From positions 1,123 to 65,122 of the forward strand of contig JAGVBK010000003.1 of assembly GCA_020059745.1 (NCBI GenBank): a DNA stretch of 64,000 nt, given 5' to 3'. The first letter of the stretch is position 1, and each line of letters starts with the position of its first letter. The position numbers and the translations under genes are program-made. The stretch is from Candidatus Shapirobacteria bacterium (GTDB lineage Bacteria > Patescibacteriota > Microgenomatia > UM-FILTER-40-11). The notes under the pieces were generated by a model, which searched no databases, was not told where the DNA came from, and saw only the letters and a program-made list of their open reading frames with translations. Shown one piece after another: positions 46,202 through 55,614 of this stretch.

Positions 46202-47344
46202 ATGAGAGTAGTCAACATGCTGGCCACCTATAATGAAAAAGATAATGTTGGCCCGATGGTGGAAACCCTGGAGAGGATTGCCAAAGACCTTTCTGAGGGG
46301 CAAAACCCTAAGTATGAATTTGTTAATTTGGTGGTGGATAGTCATTCTCCTGACGGGACCGGAGATGTAGTTAGAGAACTTGCTAAAAAGAGAAAAAACC
46401 TTTTTCTTCTGGAGACTCCAAGAGGGCTAGGGGTTTCTCTTATCCACGGCTACCGTTATGCCATGGAAGAGCTTAAGGCTGATGTGGTTATCCCTAACGA
46501 TTGTGACTTTCAGTGGGATCCGGAATTGATTCCGCAAATGCTTGAAAAAATTGAGGAAGGCTATGATGTGGTTGTTCCTTCCAGACATATTAAAGGAGGC
46601 AAAGATAATTTTAATTCCTTCAGAAAACTTACCCATTTTGTTTCCAACACTCTTTTTAACTACTACTGGGCAGGCATAAGGGAAGTAAAAGACCTAGCTG
46701 GAAATTTTAAGGCCATAAGAGTTAAAAATGTGCTTGATAAAGTGGAGCTCGACAAGCTTAATGTTAAGGGCTTTGTCATTCAGTCAACCATGATTTATGA
46801 GCTTTCCAAAACCGGAGCAAAGTTTGTAGAAATTCCGGCAGTTTTTGGGAATAGGAGAGCCGGAGAAAGCAAAGTCGGTTTAAGCAAACAATTTTTTAAG
46901 GATATTTTCGAAACCGTAAAAAACGCCACAAGAATAAGAATTGAGCGCTCGCGCCAATTTATTAAATTTGGAACAGTCGGCTTTATTGGTTTTATAGTTA
47001 ATTCTCTTGGGCTTGAGCTTTTTTACAGGATTGGCCTTGCTCCCGGAGTAGCCGCTGCTTTTGGCGCAGAGTTGGCAATTATTTCAAACTTCACCTTAAA
47101 CAATCTCTGGACTTTTTCCGAAAGAAAAATATTTAAACCGGCAGATATTGTTAAAAAGTTTTTAATGTTTAACCTGACTTCAGCAGGTGCGATTGCTATC
47201 CAGTTTATTGTAGTTGGCTTTGGAACCAGATTAACCGGGGACAGCCTAAGGCAGCTTTGGTTGGTGATTGCCATCGGCTTTTTTATCATTCCATACAACT
47301 GGTTTATGTATAACCGGGTTATTTGGAAGAAAAAAAGTGCTTAA
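46202..47344 (+). CDS. GT2 polyprenol-phosphate sugar synthase (Dpm1-like) fused to a C-terminal GtrA-like 4-TM domain
   Basis: The track start at 46145 is probably too far upstream. MRVVNMLATYNEKDNV follows an AAAGGA RBS. GT-A motifs (SHSPDGTGD, DxD-like PNDCD). The C-terminus FIKFGTVGFIGFIVNSLGLELFYR matches GtrA-family helices. Confidence 0.7.
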   Translation: MRVVNMLATYNEKDNVGPMVETLERIAKDLSEGQNPKYEFVNLVVDSHSPDGTGDVVRELAKKRKNLFLLETPRGLGVSLIHGYRYAMEELKADVVIPNDCDFQWDPELIPQMLEKIEEGYDVVVPSRHIKGGKDNFNSFRKLTHFVSNTLFNYYWAGIREVKDLAGNFKAIRVKNVLDKVELDKLNVKGFVIQSTMIYELSKTGAKFVEIPAVFGNRRAGESKVGLSKQFFKDIFETVKNATRIRIERSRQFIKFGTVGFIGFIVNSLGLELFYRIGLAPGVAAAFGAELAIISNFTLNNLWTFSERKIFKPADIVKKFLMFNLTSAGAIAIQFIVVGFGTRLTGDSLRQLWLVIAIGFFIIPYNWFMYNRVIWKKKSA

Positions 47345-48370
47345 TGATTTAGCACAAAAAATTAAATCCCAAAAATTATTTAAAAAGGAAAATTTCCTTT
47401 TATTTTTTTGGCCTTTTCAATTCCTTATTATTGGTTTAGTAATAGGCTATTTTGTCTCAAGAATTACTGTGGATAGATCCCATGATGTGGTCGGCGAGGT
47501 TCACCAATTCCAGGCTGAATATCCTTTTATTAACTCTTTAATGGCCTGTGATTTTTCAGAACAGAAAGCCTTAAAACCGTTTAAGGAAAAGATTAAAGAC
47601 TATATTGAAAACAGTAAAAAAAGAAATAAAGTTTCTCATGTTTCAGTCATTTTTAGAGACTTAAAAAAAGGAGACTGGTTCGGTGTGGAGGAAAACAGCG
47701 AGTTTATCCCCGCCAGTCTTCTGAAAGTTCCTCTTATGATGGCGTATTTAAAAGAAGCTGAAGAAAACCCGGGGATTTTAAGTGAAAAAATATACTTTGA
47801 TGGTGTGCATGAGTACACTACCACCAGAAACATAATTCCCACAGCCATTTTGGAAGAAGGAGACTACACAGTCGAAGAGTTAATAATGATGATGATTATC
47901 TATTCCGATAACGATGCTCTTGAGGTTTTGTTTAAACACATAAATAATTATAAGGAACTAGGTTCTTTTTACTTCAATTTGGGTCTCGGTCTTTTTGACG
48001 CGACACTTAAAGAAGGAGACGGTGCTGTTTCGGTCAGGTCATATTCCTCACTTTTTAGAATACTTTACAACGCCTCTTATCTTAACAAAAGAATGTGTCA
48101 AACAAAGCACTTGAAATTCTTTCAACGGTAGAATTTCGTGACGGTTTAAGAGCAAAATTACCTCCGGAAATAAAAATTGCCCATAAATTTGGAGAAAGAG
48201 GAACACGCGATGGTTTCCAACTTCACGACTGCGGCATTGTGTATTATCCGGAAAGGCCGTATCTTTTATGTGTTATGACCAGGGGCCAGGATATGGATAG
48301 CTTAAAAGAAGTGATCCAAGATATTTCATTTATGGTTTACAGCGAAGTATCAAAAAGCACTTACAAATAA
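47334..48370 (+). pseudogene. Class A beta-lactamase-like serine hydrolase (membrane-anchored), split by a 1-nt frameshift
   Basis: The first frame (to 48131) has an N-terminal TM, SxxK (PASLLK) and SDN (YSDNDALEV). Frame +1 from ~48086 continues SNKALEILSTVEFRDGLRAKLPPEIKIAHKFGE (KTG-like KFG). The junction is in the cttaacaaaagaatg A-run. Confidence 0.55.
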
Positions 48371-49545
48371 GGAGTCCAATCTGCAACCGGCGCAGTATTT
48401 TGGGCAATAAAGTTAATTGCAAAAAGGTAAACTGCGGGAATAATAATAAAAAGGGCAATTTTAAATTCTTTCTTTTGTAAAAACTCGTCAAAAGCAATAA
48501 GGCTGAAAGGAATTAAAGGAAGGCTGTAGCGGGCAAGATCACGGTGGGCTACAAATAATGTGGCACTGAAAAAAACTCCGGCAAAACTTGCCAAAGCGAA
48601 AAGCTTTTTCTTTATCAAAAAAACCACGGTTAAAGCTCCTAGCAGATATTGCCAAACCATGTCTTCTCTCCAAAAGTCTCCCAGCCAGCTTCTTTGGGGA
48701 GAAAAAGCTTGGTAAGGAGGGAAAAAGAGATGAAAATTATCACCGGAATGAAAATACGCCCAAAAATTTCCGGTTCTTATCTGGTAGAATCCGAAAACCA
48801 GCAATGCGGACAGGGGAATTAAAAGCAAAGGCAAAGACGGTTTTGCAATGTGGTTAAAAAGGTTTTTAAATGAAAAAGCTTTGCCTTTTTCTTTAATCAT
48901 TTTGTAAAAAAGGAAAATTTCAAAACCTGCAAAAAGAAGAATGCCCGGGCTTTTTGTTATTTGAGCCAATCCTCCGAAAATCCCTGCTAAAAGCAAATCA
49001 AGATAAACGTTTTTCTTTTTGGAAAAGAGATTGTTTTCTACCTTATCAAAAGCACTTTTGAAAAAATATATTGAGCTTAAGACAAAGAAAAGAAACATTG
49101 GTTCCGGGCTGCCGACTGCTTTGACTGCCACCCAGCGGGCCGGGAAAATAAGAAATAATAGGCTGAGGGAAAAAGGATCTTTTGAAAGTTTAAATTTATA
49201 AACCAAAAGATAAAAAGAAAAAAGGCAAAGTATAGAAAAAATCAAAGTAGAGCCAAGCATTGCCCAAGTTCCCGGCAGGAAAAGATCAAATACAAAGATT
49301 GAAAAAGGGTAACCGGGAAGGTGGGCCGGGTAATACTCCAGAGGTGTTGGCAAAGAGAACCTGCTTGCGATTTGAGCTTGATCATACCAGGTTTTGGCAA
49401 TGACAATATAATTTGGGCCGTCGTAGTTTTTAAAGACCGTTGTTATTCCTTCTTTTAGGTCGAAGAAAAAAGGCAGCCAGACAAATAAAGTTGCCAAAAA
49501 GGCAGCCAGAGTTAAGAAAAAAAGGTCTTTTTTTACTTTGCCCAC
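48361..49545 (-). CDS. Multi-pass membrane protein, putative GT-C-like glycosyltransferase (DUF2029/PIG-V-like)
   Basis: 394 aa with ~10 TM helices and a loop NYDGPNYIVIAKTWYD. GTG start in the track. Assignment is tentative. Confidence 0.35.
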   Translation of the reverse strand: MGKVKKDLFFLTLAAFLATLFVWLPFFFDLKEGITTVFKNYDGPNYIVIAKTWYDQAQIASRFSLPTPLEYYPAHLPGYPFSIFVFDLFLPGTWAMLGSTLIFSILCLFSFYLLVYKFKLSKDPFSLSLLFLIFPARWVAVKAVGSPEPMFLFFVLSSIYFFKSAFDKVENNLFSKKKNVYLDLLLAGIFGGLAQITKSPGILLFAGFEIFLFYKMIKEKGKAFSFKNLFNHIAKPSLPLLLIPLSALLVFGFYQIRTGNFWAYFHSGDNFHLFFPPYQAFSPQRSWLGDFWREDMVWQYLLGALTVVFLIKKKLFALASFAGVFFSATLFVAHRDLARYSLPLIPFSLIAFDEFLQKKEFKIALFIIIPAVYLFAINFIAQNTAPVADWTPYL

Positions 49546-49604
49546 TAGGTAAATGATAACAAAAACACGGTGTTTATGCTAATATTTTAATAAAGGAGAG
49601 GTGT

Positions 49605-50309
49605 ATGAAAAAACTTAGAGAACTTTCTTTGTTCTTTCCGGCTTATAACGAGCAGGAAAATATAGAAAACACAGTGGAAAAGGCTATCCCCGTGCTTTCT
49701 CAGGTTGCTGAAAAGTACGAGCTTATTATTGTCAATGACGGTTCGAAAGACAATACCGGGAAAATTGCCGCAAAACTGGCCCAAAAATACCCCTTTATCA
49801 GCGTAATTACCCATAACCCCAACCGCGGTTACGGTGGAGCGGTAAAATCAGGGCTTTACCATAGTAAGTATGAATGGATAGTTTTTACAGATTCAGACGG
49901 ACAGTTTGATTTTTCAGAAGTTGTCAAATTTATAGAAAAGCAAAAAGAGACAGGTGCTGATCTTGTAATCGGATATTATCTTAAAAGAGCGGTTAGTCCG
50001 ATAGTGATTTTTACTTCTAAATTGTGGGAATTTTTGGTATTCTTTCTTTTTGGTTTGAAAGTTACTGACACTGACTGTGGATTTAAGATGATAAGAAAAG
50101 AAGTTGTAGAAAAGATCCCGAAGCTTGAGGCGGAAAGAGGCCCTTTTATTACCAGCGAATTTTTAATTAAAGCTAAAAAAGCGGGTTTTAAATTTGCCGA
50201 GGTGGGGGTGAATCACTATCCAAGAAAAGGGGGCAAGGCTACAGGCAGAAGCTTTAAGGTTATCCTTTCCGGATTATCTGATCTTTTAAGGCTGCGCTTT
50301 TCAATATAA
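49605..50309 (+). CDS. GT2 polyprenol-phosphate mannose/glucose synthase (Dpm1-like)
   Basis: LSLFFPAYNEQENI...YELIIVNDGSKDNTG...RGYGGAV...DSD. 234 aa. RBS AAAGGAGAGGTG. Confidence 0.8.
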   Translation: MKKLRELSLFFPAYNEQENIENTVEKAIPVLSQVAEKYELIIVNDGSKDNTGKIAAKLAQKYPFISVITHNPNRGYGGAVKSGLYHSKYEWIVFTDSDGQFDFSEVVKFIEKQKETGADLVIGYYLKRAVSPIVIFTSKLWEFLVFFLFGLKVTDTDCGFKMIRKEVVEKIPKLEAERGPFITSEFLIKAKKAGFKFAEVGVNHYPRKGGKATGRSFKVILSGLSDLLRLRFSI

Positions 50310-50311
50310 AT

Positions 50312-51859
50312 ATGGAAAAGGTTTTTAGTGAGCTCAAACGCTACTGGCCGATTATTCTTATTGTTTTAATTTCTCTTACCCTCAGGCTTTATAGAATTTC
50401 TTCTTACATGACCTTTTTAGGAGACGAAGGGAGGGATGCCTTGGTTTGGCTGAGAATGGTAAGAAACGGAAAGCTGACGCTTATTGGCCCCCAAACCTCA
50501 ATCGGCAACATGTATTTAGGTCCTCTTTTTTACTATTTAATGCTTCCCTTTTATTTTGTTTTAGGAACGGCCGGTCCCTCGGTTGGGACAGCTCTTTTTG
50601 GCGGAGCAACCACTTTTCTTCTTTGGTATGTAGGGAAAAACTGGTTTTCTTTCCGGGTTGGCTTGTTTGCCGCTTTACTTTATGCTCTTTCTCCGGTAGC
50701 CATTGTCCTTTCGCGTTCTGCCTGGAACCCTAATATTATGCCCTTTTTTGCCTTGCTTTCTGCCTGGGGAATTTGGCAGTTTTGGCAAAAAGAAAACTTT
50801 CAGTGGTTGGCTTTGGAGGGGATAATCCTTTCCATAATTGTCCAGTCCCACTATCTTGGTTTGTTAATCATTCCCTTGGTGGGAGTTTTTTTTACAATTA
50901 AGTTTGTAAGCCTTATTAAGAATAAAGATAAAAACTTGAAAAAATACCTTTTAAATTTTTTCCTTTGTGTTTTTGTTTTTGTTTTCCTCACCTTTGTGCC
51001 GCTTCTTTGGTTTGATTTAAGACATGGCTTTATAAATTATAATTCGTTTTACAAGTTTTTTTCAGAAAGACAGACAACGGTTAATTTTAAGCCCTACAAG
51101 GCCATTCCAAATTTTTGGCCTCTTTGGAAAATGTTTGTAACCAGGCTGCTTGCGGCAAAAGATGAGCTCGTCGGGCTTTGGCTTTCAATTGCAATTATCC
51201 TAGGAGGAATTTTCATTGCTGCTTTTAATTTTAAAAGCGAACTAAAAAGGATATTAAAAAACAAAAACTTAAAACCGCTTCCTCCGGGCGTTGCCATTAT
51301 TCTTGCTTGGTTAGGGATAGGGCTTTTGGGTATGGGCCTTTACAAACAGCACATTTATGACCACTACTTTGGCTTTCTTTTTCCGGCTTTGTTTTTATTC
51401 ACTGCAGCTTTGCTCTCCAGGGTTTGGAAGCTTCAGTACCCGGGAAAGCTTTTGGCTTTGGTTTGTTTTTCAATTATTCTCCTTTACTCTTTAAAAGAAT
51501 CTCCCCTCAAAGATGAGCCGGGTTTTCAAATGCAGAAAACCAGGGAAATTAGCAAAAAAATAATTGAAGAATCGAAAGGGGAGCCTTTTAACTTGGGTTT
51601 AATTGCCAAACAAAATTATGATGCAGGCTACCGCTATTTCTTGGAAAAAGAAGGCCGCAAGGCAGTTGAGATTAATGCCTTAAAGCCTGAGGAAACAATA
51701 ACCAAGCAGCTTTTTGTTGCCTGTGAAGACGAAAAATGCGAGCCAATAGGCCACCCCAATGCTGAGATTGCCAATTTTGGCTGGGCAAAAATAGAAGAAG
51801 AATGGACCTTTCCCTGGGGAACAAAACTCTTTAAGCTGGTTCATTATGAGAAACAATAA
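50312..51859 (+). CDS. GT-C-like multi-pass membrane glycosyltransferase, paralogous family B (member 1)
   Basis: 515 aa. Conserved first-loop motif FLGDEGRDALVWLRMVRNGKLTLIGPQTSIGNMYLGPLFYY, shared with the 51869 and 55598 genes. Confidence 0.55.
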   Translation: MEKVFSELKRYWPIILIVLISLTLRLYRISSYMTFLGDEGRDALVWLRMVRNGKLTLIGPQTSIGNMYLGPLFYYLMLPFYFVLGTAGPSVGTALFGGATTFLLWYVGKNWFSFRVGLFAALLYALSPVAIVLSRSAWNPNIMPFFALLSAWGIWQFWQKENFQWLALEGIILSIIVQSHYLGLLIIPLVGVFFTIKFVSLIKNKDKNLKKYLLNFFLCVFVFVFLTFVPLLWFDLRHGFINYNSFYKFFSERQTTVNFKPYKAIPNFWPLWKMFVTRLLAAKDELVGLWLSIAIILGGIFIAAFNFKSELKRILKNKNLKPLPPGVAIILAWLGIGLLGMGLYKQHIYDHYFGFLFPALFLFTAALLSRVWKLQYPGKLLALVCFSIILLYSLKESPLKDEPGFQMQKTREISKKIIEESKGEPFNLGLIAKQNYDAGYRYFLEKEGRKAVEINALKPEETITKQLFVACEDEKCEPIGHPNAEIANFGWAKIEEEWTFPWGTKLFKLVHYEKQ

Positions 51860-51868
51860 CTTTTTAAA

Positions 51869-53338
51869 TTGTCTTTTATGAAAAAAAGCCCTACCAACTT
51901 TCTTCTTTTTTTAATCCTTGGTGCTTCAGCTTTTTTTAGGCTTTATCGGCTGGGCGATCTTTTAGGCTTTTGGTATGACCAGGGCAGGGATGCTTTAGTC
52001 ATTTGGGATCTTTTAAACTATGGAAAGTTTTTTTTAATCGGTCCGGTAACCGGAATAGACGGCATTTATCTGGGCCCTTTTTATTACTACCTTATTGCTC
52101 CTTTTTACTGGCTCGGAAAAGGGAACCCGGTTTTCCCGGCTGCAGGAATAGTTTTTCTTACCCTTGGCTCAATTTACCTAATCTTTTATTTAGCTAAAAA
52201 AATATACAACCCGCAAGTTGGTGTTTTGGCGGCATTTTTATATGGTTTCTCTTACAGCTTGGTTACTTTTTCAAGATGGCTTTCCAACCCAACGCCTTTA
52301 CCCTTTTTTACCATGGTTGTTCTTATTGGTCTTTTTCTCTTTATTAACGGCAAGAAAAAAGCTTTGCTTTGGACTGCTTTTATAATTGGCTTGTGCCTTC
52401 AGCTTGAAGCTGCTTCAGCTGTCTTTTTTCTTCCTGCCACTCTGGCAATTTTATTTTTGGAAAAAGAAGTTTTTAAAGATAAAAGGATTTTAATTCTTTC
52501 TTTTCTTGCTTTTTTTATTACCTTGCTGCCGCAAATTTTATTTGATATCCGCCACGAGGGGGTGCTTCGGGCTGCTTTTAATAAATTTTTAGTGACGGAG
52601 AAAAGTTTTAAGCTTTCTTTATGGCAAACCTTTAGATTAAGGCTTTTGACCTATTATGATGTGTTTTTTGCAAAGCTTTTTCCCGGCAGCAAAATTTTAA
52701 AATTAGTTTCTTTAGCCTCGTTTTCCGCAGGTTTTCTTTTCTTTAGAAAAAGGGTATTAACAAAAGGAGGGAAGATGCTTGCGATTTGGCTGGCTGCTCC
52801 TTTAGTTGGTTTTTTGTTTTATCAAGGTAATAATGGCTATGTCTGGGACTATTATTTTACCGGCGTTGTTCCGGCGTTTATTATCCTTTTTGCCGCTTCT
52901 TTAGGTTTTCTTTTGGAAAAAAGAGCTTACCAAATTGCGGTGATGGTCTTTTTGCTTCTTTTTGCTGTTTCCAATGTCAGACAGATCGGTAATTATCACA
53001 AAACCGGTATTGGCATTACTTTAAAAGCGCAGAAATGGGCTATTGACTGGATATATAAAGACGCAGACGGCAGTGAGTTTAATATTGACGCTTATGTGCC
53101 CCCCCAGATTTATTATTCCTATTCATATCTTTTTAAATGGTATGGAAAAAGTAAATACGGTCGGGAACCCGAGACAAACCTGGTTAAAAACCTGTATACT
53201 TTATATGAGCCGGACGGTGAGCATCCCCAGTTTTTAGAAGGTTGGCTTTTAAGGCAGGATACAATCGGCAAAGTGGTTAAAAGCGACTTTTGGGGAGACA
53301 TTACTGTCCAAAAAAGAGAAAGAGTAATGTATGAATAA
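51869..53338 (+). CDS. GT-C-like multi-pass membrane glycosyltransferase, paralogous family B (member 2)
   Basis: 489 aa. LLGFWYDQGRDALVIWDLLNYGKFFLIGPVTGIDGIYLGPFYYY is a paralog of the 50312 gene. Confidence 0.55.
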   Translation: MSFMKKSPTNFLLFLILGASAFFRLYRLGDLLGFWYDQGRDALVIWDLLNYGKFFLIGPVTGIDGIYLGPFYYYLIAPFYWLGKGNPVFPAAGIVFLTLGSIYLIFYLAKKIYNPQVGVLAAFLYGFSYSLVTFSRWLSNPTPLPFFTMVVLIGLFLFINGKKKALLWTAFIIGLCLQLEAASAVFFLPATLAILFLEKEVFKDKRILILSFLAFFITLLPQILFDIRHEGVLRAAFNKFLVTEKSFKLSLWQTFRLRLLTYYDVFFAKLFPGSKILKLVSLASFSAGFLFFRKRVLTKGGKMLAIWLAAPLVGFLFYQGNNGYVWDYYFTGVVPAFIILFAASLGFLLEKRAYQIAVMVFLLLFAVSNVRQIGNYHKTGIGITLKAQKWAIDWIYKDADGSEFNIDAYVPPQIYYSYSYLFKWYGKSKYGREPETNLVKNLYTLYEPDGEHPQFLEGWLLRQDTIGKVVKSDFWGDITVQKRERVMYE

Positions 53339-54089
53339 AAAGCCTTATCTTTCTGTTGTTATTCCTTGTTATAACGAGAAAGAGAATCTTGAACGCGGTG
53401 TTTTGGATGAAGTTTACGACTTTTTAAGAAAACAGGATTTTTTATGGGAAGTGATTATTTCCGATGACGGTTCAACTGATGAGAGCCGGGAGTTGGTGGC
53501 AAAACAAATTAAAGGAAAAAACAATTTCCGGCTAATTGAAAATCCTCACGGAGGAAAGCCGTCGGCGGTTTGGGGAGGAATAAAAAACGCAAACGGAGAG
53601 TATGTTCTTTTTACTGATATGGACCAGTCGGCTCCAATTGAGGAACTTAAGAAGCTGATGCCTTTTTTTGATGAATATGATGTGATTATCGGCTCACGAG
53701 GCATGGAAAGGGAGAACTTTTCTCTTTTGAGGAAAGTCGGTTCAAATGTTTTCAGGTTGGTAAGGAAAAGCCTTATGCTAAGGAGAATAAACGACACTCA
53801 GTGTGGTTTTAAAGCTTTTAAAACCAAAGTGGCTAAAGAGATTTTTCCTTTGCTTCAGTTTTTTAAAACCAACGAAACAATCAAAGGCTGGAAAGTTACT
53901 TCTTTTGATGTTGAACTTTTATTTATTGCCGAGAAGTTCGGTTATAAGATAAAAGAGGTTAAGGTGACCTGGAAAGACAGAGATGTAAGCACAGGCAAGA
54001 AAAAAAGCTATTTAAAAGAATCCCAAGATATGCTAAAGCAAATTTTTAGGGTTAAGCTTAATGATATCAAAGGAATGTACCACCTGTAA
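53331..54089 (+). CDS. GT2 polyprenol-phosphate sugar synthase (Dpm1-like)
   Basis: LSVVIPCYNEKENL...VIISDDGSTDES...FTDMDQS (DxD). 252 aa. Confidence 0.8.
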   Translation: MNKKPYLSVVIPCYNEKENLERGVLDEVYDFLRKQDFLWEVIISDDGSTDESRELVAKQIKGKNNFRLIENPHGGKPSAVWGGIKNANGEYVLFTDMDQSAPIEELKKLMPFFDEYDVIIGSRGMERENFSLLRKVGSNVFRLVRKSLMLRRINDTQCGFKAFKTKVAKEIFPLLQFFKTNETIKGWKVTSFDVELLFIAEKFGYKIKEVKVTWKDRDVSTGKKKSYLKESQDMLKQIFRVKLNDIKGMYHL

Positions 54090-54093
54090 TTAA

Positions 54094-55614
54094 ATGCTCA
54101 AAGAACTTCAGTTTTTGCACAAAGACTATCCATTAATACTTTTTTGCTTTATCTTGGTAGTTTTGTATTTTATCTCCAGGTTTTTAAACCTGACCATAAT
54201 TCCCGTTTTTGCCGATGAGGCAATTTACGTTCGTTGGGCGCAAGTGATGAGGGCGGTCAGCTCGCTTCGTTTTTTACCCCTATCAGACGGAAAACAGCCT
54301 CTTTTTATGTGGACTGTTATTCCTTTTTTAAAGATTATTAACGACCCTCTGGCTGCCGGAAGAACGGTATCTGTTTTTTTGGGGATGGGAACAATGGCAG
54401 GCGTTTTTACTTTAAGCCTTAGCCTTTTTAGGGATAAAAAGGCAGCTTTGCTTGCTTCCCTTTTTTATTTAATTACCCCCTTTGTTTTATTTTTTGACCG
54501 CATGGCTTTGGCAGACGCCATGCTTTCTTTTTTTATGGTCTGGTCCTTAATTCTTTTTATCTGGCTGGCAAAGTCACCCAGGCTGGATTTGGCAATGATT
54601 GCCGGAATTTTGACAGGTTTAGGTTTACTGACAAAATCTCCTGCCCTTTTTTTGCTTATCCTGCTTCCTTTTTCTCTGTTGGCCTTTTCTTTTAAAAATA
54701 AAAGCTTGCTTTCTTTGATAAAACTGGTGGGTTTTTGGCTGGTAATTTACGCTTTTGGATTTGCTATTTATAACATTCTAAGATTAGGTCCGGAGTTCCA
54801 TATGATTGGAATAAGGAATAAAGACTATGTGTTTTCTTTGGCCGAGATAATTAAGCATCCTTTTAATCCTTTAGTGGGGAACCTTAAAAGCGCTTTAAGC
54901 TGGTATTTTATCTTAATGACCCCCCCGGTTTTTTTCTCTTCCATTTTAGGGTTACTTATTTCTCTTAAGAAAAAATTTAGAGAAGGTTTGGTTCTTTTTC
55001 TCTTTTTCTTTGCCCCCCTTTTTGGCCAAAGCCTGATTGCCAAGGTTTATACGGCCAGATATATTCTATTTACCGTTCCTTTGCTTATTGTTTTTGCTTC
55101 TTTTTTTGTCTCTTTACTTTTTCAGAAAACAAAAAACAAAGTTCTTGCTACCTTTTTGCTAACGGCATTGTTTATCTTTCCCCTATATGAATCCTTGCTT
55201 TTAATTATCAAGCCTGAAAAGGCTTGGTTGCCGGAAAACGAAAGGAGCGGTTATCTTGAACAATGGACGGCAGGCTACGGCATCAAAGAATCTGCCAATT
55301 ATTTAAAAAAAGTAGCTAAAGAGGAAAAAGTTTTGGTCGGCACAGAGGGTTACTTTGGCACTCTGCCAGACGGCCTTTTAATTTACCTTGAAAAAGTTCC
55401 CAATATAACAGTAGTGGGGGTTGATTTTCCCGTAAGAAGCATTCCTGAGAAACTGGAGGACGGCAAAAAAGATAATCGGGTGTTTTTAATGGTAAACGAT
55501 TCTCGTTTTGAAGGGCCAGAAGATAATCTGAGGCTTGTAGCCAAGTATCCAAAGCCAAAAAATTTACTTACTGACAAAGCGGAAAATCTTTTGTTGTTTG
55601 AGATTCTTAAATAA
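54094..55614 (+). CDS. GT-C membrane glycosyltransferase, ArnT/PMT_2-like
   Basis: 506 aa. First loop IPVFADEAIYVRWAQ carries the DE motif. ~12 TM helices and a C-terminal periplasmic domain. Confidence 0.65.
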   Translation: MLKELQFLHKDYPLILFCFILVVLYFISRFLNLTIIPVFADEAIYVRWAQVMRAVSSLRFLPLSDGKQPLFMWTVIPFLKIINDPLAAGRTVSVFLGMGTMAGVFTLSLSLFRDKKAALLASLFYLITPFVLFFDRMALADAMLSFFMVWSLILFIWLAKSPRLDLAMIAGILTGLGLLTKSPALFLLILLPFSLLAFSFKNKSLLSLIKLVGFWLVIYAFGFAIYNILRLGPEFHMIGIRNKDYVFSLAEIIKHPFNPLVGNLKSALSWYFILMTPPVFFSSILGLLISLKKKFREGLVLFLFFFAPLFGQSLIAKVYTARYILFTVPLLIVFASFFVSLLFQKTKNKVLATFLLTALFIFPLYESLLLIIKPEKAWLPENERSGYLEQWTAGYGIKESANYLKKVAKEEKVLVGTEGYFGTLPDGLLIYLEKVPNITVVGVDFPVRSIPEKLEDGKKDNRVFLMVNDSRFEGPEDNLRLVAKYPKPKNLLTDKAENLLLFEILK

